Origin: Octopus bimaculoides
Lineage: Eukaryota
Direction of reading: 5' to 3'
DNA: 46,087 bases
Assembly: GCF_001194135.2 (NCBI RefSeq)
Contig: NC_068981.1
Coordinates: 92,697,857-92,743,943 of the forward strand
Shown: piece by piece, positions 36,053 to 46,087 of the stretch
Layout of the letters: each line of letters begins with the position of its first letter
How positions within the stretch are numbered: position 1 is the first letter of the stretch
The notes under the pieces: generated by a model
Seen by the model: the letters and a program-made list of their open reading frames with translations, nothing else
Database searches by the model: none
What the model was told of the DNA's origin: nothing
Translations under genes and position numbers: made by a program

Positions 36053-36712
36053 GTTATTAAGCAAGCTACTTACCACACAGCGACTCCAGCGTCTAGGTTT
36101 ANNNNNNNNNNNNNNNNNNNNNNNNNNNNNNNNNNNNNNNNNNNNNNNNNNNNNNNNNNNNNNNNNNNNNNNNNNNNNNNNNNNNNNNNNNNNNNNNNNN
36201 NNNNNNNNNNNNNNNNNNNNNNNNNNNNNNNNNNNNNNNNNNNNNNNNNNNNNNNNNNNNNNNNNNNNNNNNNNNNNNNNNNNNNNNNNNNNNNNNNNNN
36301 NNNNNNNNNNNNNNNNNNNNNNNNNNNNNNNNNNNNNNNNNNNNNNNNNNNNNNNNNNNNNNNNNNNNNNNNNNNNNNNNNNNNNNNNNNNNNNNNNNNN
36401 NNNNNNNNNNNNNNNNNNNNNNNNNNNNNNNNNNNNNNNNNNNNNNNNNNNNNNNNNNNNNNNNNNNNNNNNNNNNNNNNNNNNNNNNNNNNNNNNNNNN
36501 NNNNNNNNNNNNNNNNNNNNNNNNNNNNNNNNNNNNNNNNNNNNNNNNNNNNNNNNNNNNNNNNNNNNNNNNNNNNNNNNNNNNNNNNNNNNNNNNNNNN
36601 NNNNNNNNNNNNNNNNNNNNNNNNNNNNNNNNNNNNNNNNNNNNNNNNNNNNNNNNNNNNNNNNNNNNNNNNNNNNNNNNNNNNNNNNNNNNNNNNNNNN
36701 NNNNNNNNNNNN

Positions 36713-36794
36713 GTGAGTGCATCTGGTAGACGGAAACTGAAAGAAGCCCGTCGCAAATATATATATGTACATATATGCGTGTGTGTGTGTGTGT

Positions 36795-36878
<84 letters not shown>
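36713..36878 (+). mobile_element. SINE middle part (same family, opposite orientation) with (TA)/(TG)/(TCTG) microsatellite
   Basis: TGGTAGACGGAAACTGAAAGAAGCCCGTCG matches the reverse complement of 3797-3825. Confidence 0.75.
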
Positions 36879-39800
36879 GATACATTTAATGTCTTTATCA
36901 ATGAGTAGCTAGAATTGTTTCAAAGGTTTTTCCCATGAAATTATCGCTAATATTCCAACTCTGATATCTCATACACAGTAGTTGATTATATTAACATTAT
37001 TTTAACATATCTGTGTCACTTGTATTAAAACCCTTTTATTATTTTAGTATCTCTCTGCATTTCTTTCTAGATACATGAGTTTTCAAGTAAACGGGTGCAT
37101 GTTTTTAAATATTTCCTGTTTTCCTTGACAACATTCTTAACATAATTATTTCCAGTAAAATCGTTTGTGTCAATTATAGGAAACGCATTTCAAGTGGATC
37201 CAATATAACAATTAGGATTGAAGACAACCTAATGCCATGATGGTATTGTATGAATGAATTTATCAAGACAGGAGGAAGGTAATGCAAATATATTGTGTTG
37301 GTCAATCTGACATAGTTTTCATCCGCTCATGATCATTTCAGTTATGATATCACTTCTACTTTCATGTGAACTATCGGTAGGGATTGTATTCCTGATACCA
37401 GTAAAGGGTATTTCAAGGGTAGCTCAAGGCAGTTTTTTTTTAACTGATTATTCAAGAAAGCACATACATTTAGGAATGTTAAATGTAAAGGTATCATAAC
37501 GATTGCAAAAAGATATTCAAGACCAAATCAAATATATTAGATAAATCATAAAATATATGTTCACTCATATACTTTTTATAATTTATCTAATAAGTCTATC
37601 TAATAGAAAGCACTTAACTTTCATAAGCGTTTCAAAAATCTGTAATTATTTTACAACCATTGACTTATAGAAAAACTATAAAAACTCGTTAACGCTCACC
37701 TAATTTGATTAATACCACCAATTATACATTGTAAATATGCTACATTTTGAGCATAAGACGAAGCCCTTTACATTAAAATGCTGGAACATTTATCTGAATG
37801 ACTACAAATAAGAAAACGATTGAGAAGTATCCTATCATCAGAGAAATACGTCTTTCCTAATTTAATGAAAAATTAACTTAAATTTACGTTAATGTTTGAT
37901 ACGCTCAAAATTTCCGACTGATACAGAGAACCAAAAGTTAAACGCAGAACCCCTTCCTTCCAGTTTGACATACACGACACACAACGTCCCCCGTCTTTCC
38001 TCTTCTGATGTGTTTTTCACTATAAAAATAGCCAGTAATTTTTTAATGGATTTCCATATTATTTGCAAGTAGAAAATGTTCGTAATTCTTCCTGAGAAAA
38101 CATTGTTTCGGATAAATGCTGTAGGATAAATTCATACTTTGGGATACCTTGACTCAGCTTAATTAACAGACTTCGTCTGTTTATACTTCTTTAGCCAGAT
38201 CATAAATCGATTTATTAAATCAGTGGACTTTTGTACGAGGATGATTCTCTTTTCACTATTGTGAATTTAACACGTCAAACGTACTGCAAACTGTAAACCT
38301 ACTTTAAAATCATTAATTTTTTAACTTTGATAACGTTAAAACAGATAAAATTTGGGATTCAACATTAGACCTCAGTACAGGCTTCCTCTACGCATACCAC
38401 AAGACCAATACAAACCTGCAATAAGAAATGTAATCACTAAAGGTCTAATTATTAGTAAATTACGAAAATTTCTATTAGAATTTCTATACTTTTTTGCAAA
38501 GGAACTAAATATTGATGATAATATAGATAACTATAATGAAGCGTTTGAAAAAACGAGAAAATATTCAGAATATCGAAATCCGAATATGTAGACCAAGCAT
38601 GTGTATATAACAGAATCACATGTTCAATATAACACTACGTTTCTGCCTAAGCAACAGCAACCAGAAGTTATAGAATAGAAGGTTAAGACAGTTACTAAAA
38701 CTGCATCAAATGTTGCTACGTCTAATAGCAAATGGACTTGGATTCTTATTAATCGCTATATCAGAATAGTAAAATATTAATATCAGTATAACAATCAGGG
38801 GAAAACAAGACGTATTGCGAATAAACAAACTCGGAATGACAAAACTACAGAAATCTTAAATACCAGTCAATATTTGCAGTAAAGGCGTTTACGTAGAAAT
38901 CGATTGTACTAACTCATTTCTGAGACTACTAATTACAGGTGTACCTTGTACGTCTACAAAAATATTTATAGTAAAAACATAATTATGAGCGGCACGACTA
39001 AAATCCTCCACTGTATTTCATGTTAAATTATGCAGGAAAGACGTATCTCTTCGGCTAACTTGAATTGACTTATGGCTAATATTTTGTATCCTGATTTGAT
39101 TATGTAATAGGATTGTAGGTTATAACATTACATAACGATTTTATTCATTATTGAAAAACTTTACAGGATATATTAAATAAGCATATGGATAATTCCCCAC
39201 TCTTGTTCTTTTGAAACATATATATATTGTCCAGCAACCAAGTTATTTTCAGGCACAGTGATTGACCTTCGATTTGTTTTCTCTAAATTTACAAATGTCA
39301 TCATTGCATTTATAGATTCATTCTCGGAAAGAATTATAATTGTGAATTCTCTTCTCACCATAGTGTTATGTTTATTCTTACCTTGGCCCTCACTGAAATA
39401 TTAATGTGGGTCCACATAAACCTATAAAATTATTTCATTTTAATTTATCTGCAAAGCAAACTATTAATTTGTCTCCACCCCTCCTTATAAGTCACTGACA
39501 AATTTTTCTTTTTCTTTTAGTTTTTTCTTCTGCAATATTAGTTCATATATAAATCCATTTAAAGTCATGAAAAATTTTCTGGTTGTTATGATTACAGATG
39601 CAGAAATAATTTTCGTATTTCTCATCATTCTTCCCTGTTTAGATTATCATGAGTACAGTGATGGCTACTAGATCAACATAATTTATATCTTTTATGACAA
39701 CTTAGGAGTGGCGCAACATTTAATGTATTTTATTGCAATATATGAAGCATTGATTACTGAAGAGATTAATAAATATGATATGTTAGATACAGCTTTATAT

Positions 39801-42519
39801 AATATGCCTTTTATTACTTCAAAGAAAGGTTATATTTTCTAGAAATAGAATATATGAAATCGATAGAAATTTCACTTGAACGTTGATCAGAGGTTGCATC
39901 GTTATATTAACTTCTCTTTAATATGAATGAAATATCGTAGTAGCCAATCACTCAAACGGAACTGAAACATAATTTGAACGGCAAAAATTATAATTATATA
40001 TAAAAATATTTGTACACTATATGTATGTGGGAGAGAGTGCATGCTTGTTTGTGTGTGTGTTTTTCTTTTTAATAATTATATTTTCAACTTCAGTATTATG
40101 TAATAACATTTTAATGTAATGGATATATTTTTTTAAATAATGTTAATTCTTTCACATGAATTCATCGTTTCATTTTATATTGAGGTTTACCTACAACTGC
40201 TCTACTCAAAAGTACAAACAATATATCATCGTCAGCTGCAGCTTAATCTATAAGAATCAAGTATGTGATCAAAACAAATCGTTTAAACCTACAATTTATT
40301 ATTGAGGTCTATTATAAATACAAACTCATACAAAGAACCATTCACGAAATAGGAATGTCAATCACTTGTTAAGTTTTCTTTAATATTTTACTGATTGTCA
40401 TGGTTTACATAGATTGATTATTGGCACTATGCTTTTACAAACGATATGAGGCTGTGTAAAGATGTATGGTAATCTTGATATTTCGATAACGTATAATAGT
40501 TGAAAGCAACTGTGATTCTTCTCAAAACATTTATAATGGATGATGAACACTCCTTCTTGAGTTCTAGAAAACAATACACAAAACAATATACGAAATTTTG
40601 TGCATGCAAAAACAACATGCGGGGCCTTATTTTATTGAAGTGTTTTGTACATTTGGCATGCGTATTGTTATCAGTATACATTACAAATATATGTAACTGG
40701 AGGATGGAAAATAAACATTTTTATAAATAGAATTTATTTCATAACATTTGCTGTATTATAAGCTTGTGTCATTTGGAATACCCAGCGATATGCTTATGTG
40801 CTTGTAAAGAATACATTCGTAGCTCCCACAATGAGACATCTTGTCTTTACATTTAGCAACAAAAAATATTCTTTACTTATCCATCACATTTCTTAATTTC
40901 AAAAAGTTTCGTGTATCTCCGAATATAGATATAAGAACGTTATTGCAAAAATGAGAGATAAAAAATTAAAGTTGTAAACCCTTTTTTTTCGAATTTTCTC
41001 CCATACTAAAGATCAAGAGATTTAATTCTTCCATTAGTATAAAATAGAGAAACTTGTATTCTGGAATCTATTATTAACACTTGCACTAAATGATGTCTAC
41101 ATGTTATGTTAGCAAGAAACAGTTGTTTAATGCTAGTTGTTGCATATATGCAATCTGAAGATCATAAATATAAAATATATTCGGCAATAATTGTCGGGCT
41201 TTGCAACAAAACAATTCAAGAATTTGTATAGTTTTTAATTTCACACATAAATTTCAGGTTATAATATTCCTTTGTTTTATTTTTCCTATCTGTAATATTT
41301 ACTCTATGAGATTTGCAGAAATAATTTAAAAGGTGAGTCATATATGAAGTAAATTTGTATATATAAACATCTAACATATGTATAGTGATAAAGAAATATA
41401 GTCACTAACAGCAAGTGTATCTTGCATATAATGGTTTTAGAAATAATTCAATCACAATGCTCTATATCTATCTGCGTAATTTTATCAACCCATTAATAAT
41501 GCAATATCCATAAATATGTTAATGAATCTTTCATGTACATAAATATTTCACATTTAACATAGCAATGACAAGCGCTTTAATTATCAAGTGGTGTTTCATA
41601 AAAAAAAATATAGCAATATTTGTAACTAAATAATAGCCAAGTAACTGCACTAAAAACACCAATAAATATAGTAAAAAAAACAAATTTCAACAATAATTAC
41701 ACCAGCATATTGGAAAGAAAACAGCGGTAGTTTCATCCTCATCAGCAGCAACAACAGTGAAAACAACCACAATGGTAAATTTAACTCCAGGAACCACAAC
41801 CATCCAAAATATTCACAGTGTCTTCAAATAGTGTTCAAAATTTATTACTTTGATAAACGCAAGTTCATATAGTAGTAGCTCTTTATTTTATCATTGTTCC
41901 TGGAGACGTTATGAATGTTGTTTCAGATGTTGCCATTGCTGATATAATTTACTAAACAAATCATTACTGAAAGAAAATTTAATAACAATATCACCAAGAT
42001 TGAATTTGTTTTACTTAATACAATCATTATTTTTAATAAATAAACAATTTTAATAAATAACACTTCCTTTTACTATTCTCCCATAAAACCAACGAACACG
42101 ATATAATTTTCTCTGAAACCTTGATTTTTTTCATCATTATAATATTGTTTTACAATAGGTTTTAATTACTGTACACTGTGTCATCCATTTCTAGACTATG
42201 TTAATACTGTGGATTAATATATTTGAATAGCAGCATGGATACTATTACAAAAACAAAAACAACAAATTGTTTTACATTCTCTTCCGGCAATGTACACACT
42301 TAATTTCTGTACAAATATCTAATATATGAAACACCAAATACTAAATAGAATTTTAGATTTGGTGAAGTCGTCCATGTCATATCATTTCATGTTTTACCTT
42401 TTCCAGACTCTTCTACAATTATATATACACAAATCGATGTATACATTACTAACAATATACACAGGTCTGTATACATGCAGAAATGATTTGTCATATGCAT
42501 GTATATGCATGTATATGCA

Positions 42520-42584
42520 TATATATATCTGTGTTTATATATATGCATATCTATATGTATATACATATACATGTATATATAGAG

Positions 42585-42647
<63 letters not shown>

Positions 42648-42680
42648 TGTATGCATATATATGCATATGTATATATATAA
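42520..42680. repeat. (TA)n-rich microsatellite
   Basis: Direct reading. Confidence 0.9.
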
Positions 42681-43255
42681 ACATATACAAAACGTTTGCT
42701 ATATTTTCAAATAAACATACTGAATATTAATGCATTTGTAAATGTTTAAGTTATGCATATACGAAAGAAACTGTGCACAAACTTATATATGGCATCTGTA
42801 TGTATTAAGTTATATATAATATGTATATAATATATATGCTTGCATACATATGTAAATATAAATATATACCTAAATATATATATATAAATATATGTATGTG
42901 CATATGCGTATTCTGGAAACAGAAAAACGCTTTTGCACCTCTGTAAATTTGTATAATCCTTTACATGTGAATTCGCTTACTTAGGTTTCATGATTTTTAT
43001 TTACACTTTTACATGTCGGATACACCCTACCACTAGTTGAACAAACTATGTGGTAACTTTTCTTCGAAAATGCCATATTATGTCGCTTCTTCTCACACTA
43101 TTCGTCTGGCAGTTCCGTACCCCTAGTCTGACTTGCATTGTTGATAGGTTTAGGATTTCTCATCCAGCTAAATACTAGCGCTCACATCCAAACAGTTGTT
43201 CAGTTTGAGTGCTAGTCTTCTCCTTGCATTCACCATTATACTGTTATGAGAAACC

Positions 43256-43552
43256 TCAAACATAGAACTCAGCGTTAGAAATAGTACACACTTCCGTTGT
43301 GGACGTTCTCTTCAGAAGTCGACTCCTTGTTCCCTCCTCAGTTTCCCGTTCTGCTTCTTTGTGTTCCTCATTTGGGTCTATGAGGAGGTTGCGTGTACAT
43401 CTGTAAATAATATAGATGACGCAGGCAACCAATGTAATCGTCCCAAGCGTAAGAATAATACCAAAACGCATCTTTTCTAGCGTGCGTTTGTCTACATTCA
43501 TCCGGCGATAGTACTCCTGAGCAGGAGATAGGTTTGAAACCGGACGTTCCAT
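43256..43552 (-). CDS. Candidate small single-pass membrane protein (98 aa from the first ATG) with C-terminal EFYV
   Basis: MERPVSNL...KMR-FGIILTLGTITLVACVIYIIY-RCTR...acidic tail...SNAEFYV*. Non-repetitive and GC-richer than the flanks. A plausible splice acceptor TGTTTTGTATTCGCCACAG lies just upstream (exon start 43616). Confidence 0.5.
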   Translation of the reverse strand: MERPVSNLSPAQEYYRRMNVDKRTLEKMRFGIILTLGTITLVACVIYIIYRCTRNLLIDPNEEHKEAERETEEGTRSRLLKRTSTTEVCTISNAEFYV

Positions 43553-45464
43553 ATTGATTTGGGGGTCTAGATTTAAAACGCGGTGTGTTATGGATCCTCT
43601 TGGCCGGATCGAATCGCTGTGGCGAATACAAAACAGTTTCAAATGACATAATAATAATACAATAACCACATGCTTTTTAATGGATATTCAGCGATTTACT
43701 TTATGCTAAATTGACTTTACATAGAATAATTTTGAAGATTTGTTTCTTATGCGAACGTCTATACGCATTGATATTGTTCTTTCCTGTTTATCACTACACA
43801 CAGCTCTCAATTAAACGAAACTGCCCCCATTTTTATGCATACATAATGAACTACAACTGACGCTCTTGTTTCATCCAAAATCATTAAACTGGTTTCTATT
43901 ATAAAACTGATTGCATATAATTTACATATGCAGTTATACAGACTGAATTAATTTATTCAACAAATATAAATCACTATTGAATAATGTTATTTCAGAAATC
44001 GTTTTAAAATGTCCGCGCAAGCTTGTTTCATGGGTTATATTTATAGTGTGCTGCGTTATATTTCCAGTTACGTATATACATATACATTTACATATATATA
44101 TATATATATATAATCACAGTGAAGGATATATTATACAACAGATTCCGTGAAATGAAAATCTAGTAAGGTATGGACATGGAATTGGTCATGAAAATAGGGT
44201 AATTGGAACTGCATAGGAAAGTAACGGTTAATAATTGATTCATGACTATATAAACATGGTATTTGATATATATGTATATATGTACACACACACACACGAA
44301 CACATAAATGATATATATATATATATATATATANNNNNNNNNNNNNNNNNNNNNNNNNNNNNNNNNNNNNNNNNNNNNNNNNNNNNNNNNNNNNNNNNNN
44401 NNNNNNNNNNNNNNNNNNNNNNNNNNNNNNNNNNNNNNNNNNNNNNNNNNNNNNNNNNNNNNNNNNNNNNNNNNNNNNNNNNNNNNNNNNNNNNNNNNNN
44501 NNNNNNNNNNNNNNNNNNNNNNNNNNNNNNNNNNNNNNNNNNNNNNNNNNNNNNNNNNNNNNNNNNNNNNNNNNNNNNNNNNNNNNNNNNNNNNNNNNNN
44601 NNNNNNNNNNNNNNNNNNNNNNNNNNNNNNNNNNNNNNNNNNNNNNNNNNNNNNNNNNNNNNNNNNNNNNNNNNNNNNNNNNNNNNNNNNNNNNNNNNNN
44701 NNNNNNNNNNNNNNNNNNNNNNNNNNNNNNNNNNNNNNNNNNNNNNNNNNNNNNNNNNNNNNNNNNNNNNNNNNNNNNNNNNNNNNNNNNNNNNNNNNNN
44801 NNNNNNNNNNNNNNNNNNNNNNNNNNNNNNATATATATATCGTACTTATATAATTGATAATATATGAATATATCTTACTCGATACTTGGTGAAAAATACA
44901 GAATTTTAAAATGCAATCAAATAATAGAAACAAATAAATTCTACAGAGATTCTTCTCGTGAATATGCAATGCCCTATTGATCAATAGAAATGTATTCACT
45001 AAATTAGTACGACATCCACAATTTGGTCGATTCTGTAGAATATTTTCTTTTGTTTTGTTTTTGTTTTTGTTTTTGTTTGTTTTTTTGTTTGTTTTTTTGT
45101 TTTTTTCAAGTCGAGTTGTTTGATCTAGTGTGTCATCTATATTGATGATGCCAGTGTTGCAAGGAACAGTTTACTGCTAGGCTTTCCATTGTGACGATCA
45201 TCTGAGGAAGCTTTGATTCTATCAATCCAATATATTCCAGATGCATGAGCTGAAAAATAGAAATTTAGAAAGTAGAAAATATATAGGTATGGGAGATGAA
45301 TTTAAATAAATGTCAATCATCAAAAATGTAATTCTCAGGCAGGTAAATTGCATATCTAGATGTCTTCAATGACATACATAACAGCACAGTACCGAAACAT
45401 ACATGCTGGAACAAAGTCTTGAAGATTTTTTGTCGAACGAATCAACCATAATATTGTTTTTACG

Positions 45465-45812
45465 TCTAGTACTTATCGTACCGGTGTCTATGCTGAACAG
45501 CTAAATTACGAGAATGGAAACGCGCTAGCACAGGTTGTCAAGTGGTGGTGGGGGACAAACACAGACAAGGACATAGATCTATCTATCGCTCGATCTATCT
45601 ATCTTTATACCTATCCATTTATATCATTCTCTTTCTTTCTCCCCACCCTTTCTCCCTTCTTCCGCCAACCAAATCTAATCGCAAAGATTTGGTTGACATC
45701 AGGGTATTGGAGAAGACACTCACACACGGTGCCACTCAGTGGGACTGAACCCAAAATTATGTGGTTGGGAAGCAAACTTCTTAGAACGCAGTCAAGCATT
45801 CGCCTATGTATA
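45465..45812 (-). mobile_element. Diverged SINE (same family as 3535-3958)
   Basis: CTAGTACTTAT...GGTTGTCAAGTGGTGGTGGGGGACAAACACAGAC; head complement CAGTGGGACTGAACCC...GTGGTTGGGAAGCAA. Confidence 0.75.
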
Positions 45813-46023
45813 TATTCATAATCACATAGTAGTGCTCACTATGATTTGGATATAAACTCGGAATACCTCTGTGAAGGCAAGGCGTACGCCGTCAAGAATG
45901 GGTATACGAGAAATCTAAATCGTGCTGACAGGGAGGTTGTAACAGAGATAAACAGGGTCAAACTTTGTACCGAAAGTAAGTATTTTTATTTCAAGCCTGT
46001 TTCTAACTTCATTGCTGTCTCCT

Positions 46024-46027
<4 letters not shown>

Positions 46028-46087
<60 letters not shown>
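46028..46087. repeat. (CT)n microsatellite
   Basis: Direct reading. Confidence 0.95.

Noticed and set aside
35972-36901. Long ORFs of 200-300 aa here and at 44160-44999, 8569-8964, 13974-14548, 23045-23680
   Set aside because: They are open only because they run through N gaps.
38352-38591. 79-aa ORF as a Penelope N-terminus
   Set aside because: No diagnostic motif; the start codon is non-ATG.
43617-43669. Apparent signal peptide MVIVLLLCHLKLF of the 137-aa ORF
   Set aside because: It starts at GTG; the nearby ATG is in another frame and stops after 10 codons. The T-rich stretch looks like an intron 3' end before a CAG acceptor.

Overview
AT-rich, microsatellite-saturated eukaryotic genomic DNA with six N-gaps (about 5327-5433, 8598-8804, 14072-14480, 23197-23477, 36102-36712, 44334-44830). 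The repeat families look like those of an octopus/cephalopod genome (inference from recalled repeat families, not verified). No intact known gene is recognisable. The window is dominated by decayed mobile elements: about ten R4/Dong-clade non-LTR retrotransposon fragments (RT plus restriction-like endonuclease) strung head-to-tail through (TAA)n tracts, all on the minus strand; a Tx1/L1-type LINE 3' end; a piggyBac transposase relic; a mariner relic; probable pogo-, RTE- and Penelope-like relics; and several modular tRNA-derived SINEs. The most notable items are (i) a tRNA-headed element whose tail contains a minimal hammerhead-ribozyme motif and has an inverted tail copy at its 5' end, which suggests a SINE mobilised by Penelope-like machinery, (ii) self-propagating TAA-linked retroelement piles, (iii) head/tail swapping between SINE families, and (iv) a candidate 98-aa single-pass membrane protein ending in a syndecan/neurexin-like EFYV motif. 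All alignments were done by eye and most coordinates are approximate.
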